From Savitreella phatthalungensis (lineage: Eukaryota): 64,000 nt of DNA. The stretch is taken from the NCBI GenBank assembly GCA_051599415.1, contig AP039691.1, positions 558,001 to 622,000 of the forward strand, in the 5' to 3' direction. The notes beneath the pieces are model-generated. The model had not been told where the DNA came from. It did no database searches and saw nothing but the letters and a program-made list of their open reading frames with translations. Below, piece by piece: positions 21,140-30,215 of the stretch. A program made the translations under genes and the position numbers. The first letter of the stretch is position 1, and each line of letters starts with the position of its first letter.

Positions 21140-21973
21140 TTAATCCGTGGCGCATCCTCCTTCCTGCTTCTCATCTAACGCTTTCACAAGCCGGTACAGC
21201 TCCTCCACATACCTATCCTCATGCCCGCCTGCCTCCCCTCCTTCATCCAACTCGTCATCCAATGCTGCTAGCGTACGAAGCGCTTCGCGGAGCGAGTACA
21301 GATACTCCTTGTTTGGGCCTGATGGCCCGCATGCCCTGTGGATGTGTTGTGCGGTGTGAGTGAGTGAGAGGAGCGGTGCGTACTGAGGGTTTTGGTCGCC
21401 ACCGATATACACCTCTGCCTCCATCTGCTCCTTCCCCCCTCCACCGACCACGGTCACCGAGACCTTCTCCACACCGTACCCATTCACCTCCCGCACACCC
21501 AAGTACTCACGCACCCGATCCACCCACCCAGCACCAATCACGTACACCACACCGTACGTCCGCCGTCGCGAGAGGTCGGGATGGATGCCGTAGCGGCTCG
21601 GGTGGTCGGTGACGGCGTGTGGCTGGGTGTCGGGGAGGGACGCGACCGTGGCGGTGTAGGCGGGGGTAGGGAGGAGCGTAACGACGCGGCCAGGAGCCGC
21701 AGGCGTACCACGGTGGTCCTCAGACAGCTGCCAAAACCGCCGGACGTGCGTGTCCACGTAGCATGGAATCCGATCAACCACACCAAACGGAATCGGCTTC
21801 CAGATCAGCGAACCGTACCCGAAGATCCGGTACGGTGGGTCAGGATTGGGGGATGACGAGACGTGGGAGTCGCCCATTTGGTGATGTGTCTCTTCGTGGG
21901 GCTGGATTGGGGATTTAGGGATGTAGATGATTGAGCAGATGCTGTTTGGTCTGATGTGATGGTGTTTGATCAT
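21140..21973 (-). CDS. ChaC-family glutathione-specific gamma-glutamylcyclotransferase
   Basis: FGYGSLIWK, RRFWQLSEDHRGTP..PGRVVTL, YL.VRE.NGY, GPSGPNKEYL; alternative start ATG 21877. Confidence 0.93.
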   Translation of the reverse strand: MIKHHHIRPNSICSIIYIPKSPIQPHEETHHQMGDSHVSSSPNPDPPYRIFGYGSLIWKPIPFGVVDRIPCYVDTHVRRFWQLSEDHRGTPAAPGRVVTLLPTPAYTATVASLPDTQPHAVTDHPSRYGIHPDLSRRRTYGVVYVIGAGWVDRVREYLGVREVNGYGVEKVSVTVVGGGGKEQMEAEVYIGGDQNPQYAPLLSLTHTAQHIHRACGPSGPNKEYLYSLREALRTLAALDDELDEGGEAGGHEDRYVEELYRLVKALDEKQEGGCATD

Positions 21974-22250
21974 GTTTCTGGATTGTGCATACGAAAGGGG
22001 TAGAGAGTATCATGTAGATGTTCTGGCGATGCGCGTAGGGCGAGCATCGTGACCCGAGAGCGAGCTATCGTGTCATCACATGGCTTACTCAAGGGCAAAG
22101 ACACATACGAAAGTATTAACACAGGGCTGGTCGGGACAAGTGAGTATGTGATCCTTGAGCCATGCTCTACAACGCTCGATCTCTGCTGGGGGTTTTGTAA
22201 GGCTGTAGTGTGCGTGTGCGTGGGTGTGTTGGGAAAGAGGAAGAAGTGGC

Positions 22251-22932
22251 CTAGTTGCCTCCTGTGCTTGAGAGCTGGTCTGCCCTGTGCTCGTGCATTT
22301 GGAATCGGATGCCGCCTGGAGGAGGGAAGAGATGGTTAGTCACGAACGATTTTGAGAAGAGCTTGATGTGGAAGAGTTGTGACTTACAATATGGGCAGAC
22401 GTTTGGCTCGCCGTGCTTGTCAAGGTTGATGTAGACCTTTGGGTGACCGAGCGCGCCGCCGCCACCATCACACGAGACAACGCGCTTTGTCTCGTACCGG
22501 ATCGGTTGCTGGGCGATGAGCTCGATGGCTGCCTGGGGTTGCGGCTGAATGAGGGGTCATGTCAGTCGCGATCCTCGTTGTCAACGTGCAGCTGCCCATG
22601 AAGAATCAGGAAGGCAAAGCTGGGCGCGATTGACTTACCTGTAGAGAGAAATCTGTCTGCTCGAATCGAGGCCCACGCATACCGAGCTGCCTTGGCTGCT
22701 GGGAGTTTGACCAGGTGACTTCCCTGTTTGGTGACTGTGTTCCGGCGGCAACTTCCTTTGCAACTTCACGCGCCCGTGCAAGTACAGCTTCGTCCTTGTC
22801 CTTGTGCGTCACGTCTGATGTCACTTCCGCCTTCAGAGGGCCCTGTGTGGAGTTGGATCTCGCACCGTGAACGGCACAAGTCCGGAATGCCGGGGTAGGG
22901 CGTGACAGAGCACGCGACACCGAGCGAAGCAT
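22251..22932 (-). CDS. NDUFS6: NADH:ubiquinone oxidoreductase zinc-finger subunit NDUFS6 (NUMM); 3 exons 22932-22639, 22544-22388, 22315-22251
   Basis: Spliced product (171 aa) has a mitochondrial presequence, [21 protein letters not shown] and [19 protein letters not shown]...CPYCGIRF; introns 22545-22638 and 22316-22387 have GTAAGT...CAG. Confidence 0.93.
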
Positions 22933-23400
22933 CTTTGCAGCGACTCTAATCAAACAGCAGTGTAGATCTGCAGAGCTAAGGTTTGATCTTATTGAGTTGC
23001 TGTGCTCGTAGACTTGCTTGGAGGACGTTCGCTGCGAGTGAGTGAGTGAATGAGTGAGCCTGTATTGACCTGAGGAGAGAAGGTGGATGCACTCCGCTGC
23101 ATTGCTTCTGAAATCAAATTTGCATGCAGAAGATGCACGTGATCAATGAAGTGAGCTAGCTCTAGAACAAGGAGACGACCATTTCAAGAGCTCACAAGAC
23201 TATCACCACAATCCTGCCCTCGGACGCTCGCTGAGATAGGTGAACATAAGGCTGGTTGTACTTTATCAACGAAAGTCAGTAGCCTGCTCAGTAGACGGAT
23301 ATCTCGCCTTTCCTGACAGTGATTCTACCCACGACGCGAACTTGACGCGAACGTTATCTAAGTAACTTCCTCGCTGGTCACAACAGATGACTCCCACTTG

Positions 23401-24264
23401 ATGGCGCCAGTTTTTCAAGATGGGGAAGCATGTATGCCATCTGATGTGAAGCAGCTCTACCGACGACTGAAGGTGGTCGAGCACGCGATCGGTGGTGATG
23501 GCGGTCTGATCGGAATGTCTGGCTCGTTGAACGGGCGAGCTATGAGCAAGGTACTCGAGGCGATGGCCGTCGACAGCCGTTCTCACTTTCTCGACATTGG
23601 GTCTGGGTTGGGGAGACCGATGCTGCATGCCCTGGTCGAGCACGGGTGTGTGCAGGTGTCCGGGATCGAGTTTGACGAACTCAAGTTTTCGAAAGCGCAG
23701 ACAGTCATCGACCGCATCCTCCCAATCGACCGCCAAATCCGCACCTGTCTCTATCACCGAGACGTCATGACGATCGAGTCCCTTGACGAGCTCGATCCCA
23801 CATTCACCCATCTGTTCTCCTTCTGGGAAGGTATTAATATCGATGCGCGCGAGGCCGTCGCTAGACTTGTGAGACGGTCGTGGGAGGATCCAAGTCGCCC
23901 TGCTGATGCACCACGGATACGGAGCTTCGCATTTGTGCAAAGTAACGAGATCAAGCCTCAGGAGTATGTTGCGGAACTTGGATTTCCTCCAAATTACACG
24001 CTTGATCAGAAGTTCCCAGTCTCGATGCTGGGCAGTTTCTCACAGTTCCAATGCTTCGTCCTCCACTTCCACGACCCAGTACCATCCTCCCATGCCATCA
24101 TCGCAGCTGCCAAACTGGCCAACAAGGTCGCAGCCGTGGCAGCGGCGGCAGCAGCAGCACTCGCTGTGGACGATATCGTCCTGCTCAAACGCATCCAGGC
24201 CGAGCAGCGTGAAAATGAGTTTGGTCTGCGTGGATCCAGAAAGCGAGTCAAGTATGGCCCTTGA
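23401..24264 (+). CDS. Small class I SAM-dependent methyltransferase, DOT1-like
   Basis: Motif I FLDIGSGLGR, post-I SGIEFD, THLFSFWEG; basic C-terminus RKRVK; in-frame stop at 23359 bounds the ORF. Confidence 0.75.
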   Translation: MAPVFQDGEACMPSDVKQLYRRLKVVEHAIGGDGGLIGMSGSLNGRAMSKVLEAMAVDSRSHFLDIGSGLGRPMLHALVEHGCVQVSGIEFDELKFSKAQTVIDRILPIDRQIRTCLYHRDVMTIESLDELDPTFTHLFSFWEGINIDAREAVARLVRRSWEDPSRPADAPRIRSFAFVQSNEIKPQEYVAELGFPPNYTLDQKFPVSMLGSFSQFQCFVLHFHDPVPSSHAIIAAAKLANKVAAVAAAAAAALAVDDIVLLKRIQAEQRENEFGLRGSRKRVKYGP

Positions 24265-24554
24265 ACAAGTCACATCCTACCTATATAACGATTAGTCTAT
24301 AGCATCTACGCATTAACATGTCCTCGCTCTGTAATTCACCTCGCTCCTCCACCTGTGAGTCTAGGTTGTGTTGTGCATTCCGGGTGGATTCTGGCACTTT
24401 TCTATTTTTGGCAGTTGATCGTCATCCCACCCTCAAAACCTTTGAAGCCTTCACCGACCCCCGGGACACCCACGTCATCCCCCGCCCTCAAACCCTACCA
24501 CCTGATATATGTAACCTAGACACCAAGACACATCCACCCTCAAATCCATTCACA

Positions 24555-25358
24555 ATGTCGCTCGAACAATATCTCACAAAGGAGACTTCCCTAAAGGGCA
24601 AGACTGCTCTGGTGACCGGTGCATCTCGCGGGATTGGTGCTGGGATTGCGGTGGAGTTGGGTAGCCGTGGTGCGGATGTAGTCTTGTCATACACGTCTGA
24701 GTCGTCTCGGTCTAAGACTGAGGCTGTGGCTGGGGAGATAGCACAGAGCGGTGGTGGTGGGAGGACGTTGCTGGTACGTGCGGATATGCGGTCGCTGTCT
24801 GCGCTGCGCAGCCTGGCGGACGAGGCTGTGGCGTTTGGCGGAGGAGGGTTGGATATCCTGGTGAACAATGCAGGAATCTCAGAAGACCTGCCGACGGCGG
24901 AAGAGACAGAGGACCACTTTGCGCGATCGTACGACACGAATGTGCGTGGACCTCAGTTCCTCACTTCGTTCCTGGTCACCCGGCTCCGGGAGGGTGGCAG
25001 GATTGTCAACATGTCGAGCGTGTCTGCACGCCAGCAGGTTCCGAATCAGGCGGTGTACGCGGGTACAAAGGCTGCGCTCGAGGCGATGACCAGGTGCTGG
25101 GCAAAGGAGTTCCAGCTCATGTACCCGGAAAAGAAGCTCACCGTGAACGCCGTCAACCCGGGTCCAGTCCAGTCGGACATGTGGGCTGGCGTCGAGAAGA
25201 ACAAGCGAGAAAAGCTCGAGGGAGAAGCAGTACCATCAGGACCGAGAATTGGCACACCCAAGGACATTGCAGCCATCGTTGCATTCCTCTGCACAGACGC
25301 AGCTCAGTGGGTAAATGCTAGCGTCATCAATGCCAATGGCGGCATGCTCTCCGTCTGA
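24555..25358 (+). CDS. Short-chain dehydrogenase/reductase (classical SDR)
   Basis: TGASRGIG, NNAG, catalytic S and YAGTK, NAVNPGP; ATG 24555 in ACAATG context. Confidence 0.93.
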   Translation: MSLEQYLTKETSLKGKTALVTGASRGIGAGIAVELGSRGADVVLSYTSESSRSKTEAVAGEIAQSGGGGRTLLVRADMRSLSALRSLADEAVAFGGGGLDILVNNAGISEDLPTAEETEDHFARSYDTNVRGPQFLTSFLVTRLREGGRIVNMSSVSARQQVPNQAVYAGTKAALEAMTRCWAKEFQLMYPEKKLTVNAVNPGPVQSDMWAGVEKNKREKLEGEAVPSGPRIGTPKDIAAIVAFLCTDAAQWVNASVINANGGMLSV

Positions 25359-25549
25359 CGAAACACACGCGCACACATTCAGGTCAGGGAGATTTGCCCA
25401 CGGAAAGAGATGAGCATGTAGAAGAGTAAAAGTAAGAGGGACAATCATTCATTACGCGAAGGGAAACTGGAGTCTGTGGTTTAGACCAAGGAAAAGAGTT
25501 TGGTAGATTTGAATGCAAAGGTGAATGATGCACGTTGCACCGAGGAGAC

Positions 25550-26616
25550 CTAGGAACGGAATCCAGCAGAGACGTTGCGAGATGCACCACCTTGACCTCC
25601 TGGCACGCCTCCCTGAGACATGGCTGCCGATTGCTCTTTGAGGGCGAGGAGCTGCTTTGACCGGAAGCTCTCGTAGTGGACTTGTGCTGTCGTGTCGATG
25701 AGGTCTTGCAGGTGTGTTTCTGTGAGGAATTTCCGGAGGTAGATGAACTCGCAGTGTCGCTCGTCGTCGATGTTGACGGTGCCCCAGCGGTGTTGGCGGA
25801 CGGGGACTTCGCGGCCGTTGATGTTGGCAGTTTGTTCTGAGCCGACGACGGCAAAGGGAATCAAGCTCGTCACTGCCTCATTCAGCGCACGCTCATCCTC
25901 GTCGTGCTCGTCAGAAGCGTAGGGGTACATGCGCAGGCCGTGGAGGTCAAACTCGCTCTTGATGCGCTGCTTGAATGCAACGCGCTCATCCAACGAGAGT
26001 CCGTCACTCTTTGCAATCACAGGCACAACGTTCACCACGTCAGACAACTTCTTCAGGACTGCAACGTCGAGCGGCCGGAGCTGGTGTCCCGTTGGTGCGA
26101 GGAAGAAGAGACAGCAGTGGATGCGGGTGTCCTGAATGTACTTGTCACGAGTGGCAGTGAGCTCACGTCGGAGGAAGGCGCTGTGTTGGTCTTTGATGTA
26201 TTTGATGATTGCATCCCAGCATCGGTCGTTGTTGATCGCGTCGCCGTACCCAGGCGTGTCGACGATGTTGAGTCTCAGACGGACACCGTTTTCCTCGATG
26301 ATATGTGAGACCGACTCGATCTCTGTCGTGCTCCTCACAGGTTCAGCTGGCCCTGCACGGCCCTTTGTGTCGATCAGGTGGGATGCAAAGAGTGTATTAA
26401 CCATAGTAGATTTGCCGAGTCCTGTCGCGCCGACTAGGATGACGTTGAACTGGAAGCCACGCTTGAGAAGCTTCCGCTCGATCTGGCGTGTGATGCTGTC
26501 GAAGCCTGGAGAGAGTTAGTCTATGACTATGATTGAGGAGACGATGGTGGTGGTAAGGTAGAGGTGATGATTGACTTACCGACTGGACGGCTGAGTGGTG
26601 TGATCTGGGTCGTCAT
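25550..26616 (-). CDS. CDC10: Septin Cdc10/Spn2 (no C-terminal coiled coil); exons 26616-26580 and 26505-25550
   Basis: Spliced N-terminus VGFDSITRQIERKLLKRGFQFN; G1 GATGLGKS, G3 DTPGYG, G4 AKSD; intron 26506-26579 GTAAGT...CTAAC...CAG. Confidence 0.93.
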
Positions 26617-26874
26617 CGTTGCTTACTGTGAAGCGTAGGTATGAGATTGAGCGATGGACGAGTAGAAACCGATGACTCCGAGCTTTTGGAGTGGTCGCTT
26701 TTGAAAGTGAGAAGAGGACAATTGGGAAGATTGCTGGCAGTTATTGTAGTAATCGTCGCGTCTCGTGTACAGTCTACAGTAGTAGCTTTGGAGTCTGTCA
26801 CGTATCGGGGTTTGTGGAATGGAGAAGTGAAAGCATCTGCACGTGCATGTGCATCTGAATCGAATCAGACAAGC

Positions 26875-26914
26875 TTAATTTGAATATTTAATTTATATAT
26901 TAAATTTATATAAT
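26875..26914. other. Extreme AT-rich island
   Basis: ttaatttgaatatttaatttatatattaaatttatataat: 40 nt with one G/C; AATTTATATA occurs twice. Confidence 0.8.
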
Positions 26915-27264
26915 CCAACTTGATCAGTGTTAAATTCCGTGCAATTGAGCCAAGCATATATATATTTCTCTTCTCAGAATTTTAAGTCAAATCAATTAGT
27001 CAATTGATCGAATGCTAGAACAGCATTTCAACCAAGTTCACAGTATACGTTATCAAGTATTGCCACACAGCAATAGCAGGAGCTCCAAGTGTGTATGACT
27101 CTGCTGACGTAGAACATTAGAACGTATGGTTCTACACAGAGCTTCAAGTCAACAGTGTGATAACTATAGTCAATTCTATCGATAGATAGTCTTCATTGCT
27201 CCCCTGCCATTCCATTCCATTTCAATTGCGCATAATACAGGTCGTTGATACTCGACTTGGAGAG

Positions 27265-27999
27265 CTATACTAGGACTGCCACCACGAGCAAGAGGATCAA
27301 TACAAAGATGAGGATGCCAATGCAGCAAGTCGATCTCGAGTCTTCATTCTTCCTCACGAATTCTTCAAGAGACTTGATCCCTCGCTTGATCCTGCTTGTA
27401 GACCTGTCGACGGCGATTTCAAATTCATCCAGCATCTCCGCCTGATTGCCGAGCTCCTCCCCCATATCCCTAGCCTGCATCCTCAGATTACCGACCGTAT
27501 GGAATACAGAATCGAGCTGCTCATCCTGCCGCTCCATCAGCTGATCCTGGTACATCTGTTCCTGGGCTCTGACTTCCGCATTCCCCTGATCCCTTCCACC
27601 TTCCAAACCGTCCTCATCCAGATCATCTCCATCTTCGCTCGATCTAAATGGATTGTCTTTTGTTGATCTCTGGGGTTTTGCCTCTGCGCGAATCCGATCG
27701 AGGTCACACTTGACGTTCTGAACGAATCCTCGTCTCCGCTCTAGCTCTGTGTCTGAGACGTTGTACTTTTGTGGATCTGCAGAGATCACTCGGACGGATT
27801 CCTCGAGGTCTTCCACATCCGCAGCGATATCTTCTAGAACCTGGTCAAGATCTTCCAGCGTCTGGACAACTTCCGGTGCATTCGTCTTGCCCGCTCCTCC
27901 ACTCAATCGCACATAGCTCTCGAGCAATAGATCTGCCTGCTCCAAACTCGCCCGTACATCCTCTCGCACGCTGACAAATGGATCTCCTGCAGCAGCCAT
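27265..27999 (-). CDS. TLG1: Syntaxin-6/Tlg1 t-SNARE
   Basis: N-terminal DPF motif, EL.RRR.FV, SNARE motif QDEQLDSV...MGEELGNQAEMLD, C-terminal TM anchor. Confidence 0.92.
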   Translation of the reverse strand: MAAAGDPFVSVREDVRASLEQADLLLESYVRLSGGAGKTNAPEVVQTLEDLDQVLEDIAADVEDLEESVRVISADPQKYNVSDTELERRRGFVQNVKCDLDRIRAEAKPQRSTKDNPFRSSEDGDDLDEDGLEGGRDQGNAEVRAQEQMYQDQLMERQDEQLDSVFHTVGNLRMQARDMGEELGNQAEMLDEFEIAVDRSTSRIKRGIKSLEEFVRKNEDSRSTCCIGILIFVLILLLVVAVLV

Positions 28000-28367
28000 G
28001 GTAAAGTTACGTCTGCATCACGAACGCTGTGAAAGGCAGAAGGATTAGCTTCCTTGAAAGTAATTTCCAGCCGCGCCTCAAGAATCGATCGTTAGCCTGA
28101 GGGTAATACTGCAGTAATACTGACTGTCCAAGCACTTGAGCGATAGGTCTCTCCAATGGAGAGCTTATCGTCGTCGTTGTTGTTGTTGTCGATGATAGTA
28201 ATGTTGTTGCTGATGCTGCTGTAGACTTGGGGTTGAAGTATGAATGACGCAGTGGAAAGGAGGTTGGAGTTGAATTCACGTGCATGTGTGATTGATTTTG
28301 ACTGGAATGCACGATCGTTCTATGAAACAATGATGATGGAGGCAAACAACACAGAAATATATACCCA

Positions 28368-28410
28368 ACGCGTACCTACGCTCATCCACCTACAGTACAT
28401 CTTCACGCGT
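28368..28410. promoter_or_regulatory. Two MCB elements (ACGCGT) upstream of RAD52
   Basis: ACGCGT at 28368-28373 and 28405-28410, further CGCG cores near 28448 and 28501. Confidence 0.55.
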
Positions 28411-28555
28411 CATCATCCTCAAAGACAAAAGAGCTCGGACGGATAATCGCGTACAGAACGAGCGTCATTGTGCGCCGCTTAAAAATTTGCCGTCTACCCT
28501 CGCGCGACACCATTGATAAGTCCTCCATCCATTCTCCTTCTTTTACCCCTTCGGC

Positions 28556-30115
28556 ATGCGGCCAGGTGACCAGCATCGCGACTCTTCCAGCGCGAATGCC
28601 TCACGCCAGCTGATCCGCAATCCAGTCGATGGCAGTGTCGTCGAGCCCTTCACAGCTATCCAAATAGCCACATTACAAGCGCGACTGAACAGGAAGCTAG
28701 GTCCAGAGTACCTCTCTACGCGACCTCAAGGCGGCGGTGCAGGTAAAGTGAGCTACATCGAGGCATGGAAAGCGATTGAGCTTGCGAATGAGGTCTTTGG
28801 CTTCAACGGCTGGAACACGAGTGTTCAGCGAATCGATGTAGACTTTTGCGACGTCGCTGGCGAGAGCGGTCGCATATCGATGGGTTGTTCTGCGATCGTG
28901 CGTGTGAGTCTGCAGGATGGCACGTTTCACGAGGATGTAGGCTACGGCTCAATCGAGAACGTCCGCAACAAAGGTCAAGCATTCGAGAAGTGCAAGAAGG
29001 AGGCAGTTACAGACGCAATGAAGCGAGCGATGCGTAACTTCGGATCAGTCCTCGGCAACTGCCTGTACGACAAGCAGTACCTCAAGGACATCTCCAAGGT
29101 CCGTGTGCCCCCTGTCAAATTCGACGTCGATGACCTCCACCGCCACAGAAGCGTCCAGCCTCAAGTACAGAGAACAACGATGCCTCCACCACCGCAGCAA
29201 CAGCAACAACAACAACAACAACCGGCACGGAGTGTCTCTGCACCAGGCCAACCCCCCGATGCTGGGGATGGCGACAACTCCACAATCTACCTCGCTCCTG
29301 ATGAATTCGGGGACGATGCATTTGACGAGTGGTCTGATGGTCAGACGCGTGACATCACGATGGCGCTTGGTGGTGAAGGTGCTCCTGCACCAGAACAACC
29401 TGCCCTTCACACGCCTGAGCCCCATCCACCGCACTACCACCCACCCGGCGAGTTTATGAAGAAGCATAACGACGCCCCAAAAGACCAGGCAGCTGCAACA
29501 GCAGCAGCCGCTGGCATCACGCAGGAGGAAGCCAAGCGCCGTCACCAGCAGAAACAAGCTGAGAAGCAAGCTGCTCTAGCCCTTGCCGCCGCTGCTGCTG
29601 CCTCCTCTACCGGAGGTAGCCCTGGCATCACTCCAGGCAACCCGCCACCTCCATTCGCTGAGCCTGAGCACCCTCCAGAAGACCAAGCGACCTTACACCC
29701 GATGATCCACCAGGCAGAACCTGACGACTACGAGCCTGGATTTGTGACATCCAAGTCGCTTATGGTTGCTGATTCTCCTGTTGCCAAGTTTGATGGGAGT
29801 GTGAGTCTTGTTGGTGGATCTAGTGGAGTGAATCACCGAGTGAGTTCGCCGGTGCATAGGACTTCGAGAGCTGATGGTATTGGGGATGGTTCGCCGCTGA
29901 GGAGGATGGCGAATCAGGTGGTTGGTACTGGTGGTGGTGGCCCACCGACACCGTTCCGAGCGCCATCCAGGCTGAATCCAGCAGCAGGGGGCCCTCAGAC
30001 CCGAGCCAAAAGGTCCTCAGACGCTCTAGCAGAACTACCAAACACCAATGCAAGGCAACCACCAACATCAAACAACAACAACGATCCTGTCACAGGCAAG
30101 CGAGTCAGATCGTGA
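28556..30115 (+). CDS. RAD52: DNA repair/recombination protein Rad52 (Rad22)
   Basis: LGPEYLSTR, ANEVFGFNGW, DGTFHEDVGYG, KKEAVTDAMKRA..FG.VLGNCLYDK; acidic EFGDD and FVTSKS in the C-terminal half. Confidence 0.96.
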   Translation: MRPGDQHRDSSSANASRQLIRNPVDGSVVEPFTAIQIATLQARLNRKLGPEYLSTRPQGGGAGKVSYIEAWKAIELANEVFGFNGWNTSVQRIDVDFCDVAGESGRISMGCSAIVRVSLQDGTFHEDVGYGSIENVRNKGQAFEKCKKEAVTDAMKRAMRNFGSVLGNCLYDKQYLKDISKVRVPPVKFDVDDLHRHRSVQPQVQRTTMPPPPQQQQQQQQQPARSVSAPGQPPDAGDGDNSTIYLAPDEFGDDAFDEWSDGQTRDITMALGGEGAPAPEQPALHTPEPHPPHYHPPGEFMKKHNDAPKDQAAATAAAAGITQEEAKRRHQQKQAEKQAALALAAAAAASSTGGSPGITPGNPPPPFAEPEHPPEDQATLHPMIHQAEPDDYEPGFVTSKSLMVADSPVAKFDGSVSLVGGSSGVNHRVSSPVHRTSRADGIGDGSPLRRMANQVVGTGGGGPPTPFRAPSRLNPAAGGPQTRAKRSSDALAELPNTNARQPPTSNNNNDPVTGKRVRS

Positions 30116-30215
30116 TCCACCTAAACACTTCGCTCTGTATATCTTAATTATCATCATCAAACATCATCGTCCTCGATTGCTTCATTAGTACGTAAAGGTG
30201 TGTTTGGAAGTTGGC

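Noticed and set aside
23266..23940. 224-aa antisense ORF over the DOT1-like gene
   Set aside because: The sense strand carries the methyltransferase motifs; the antisense product has none
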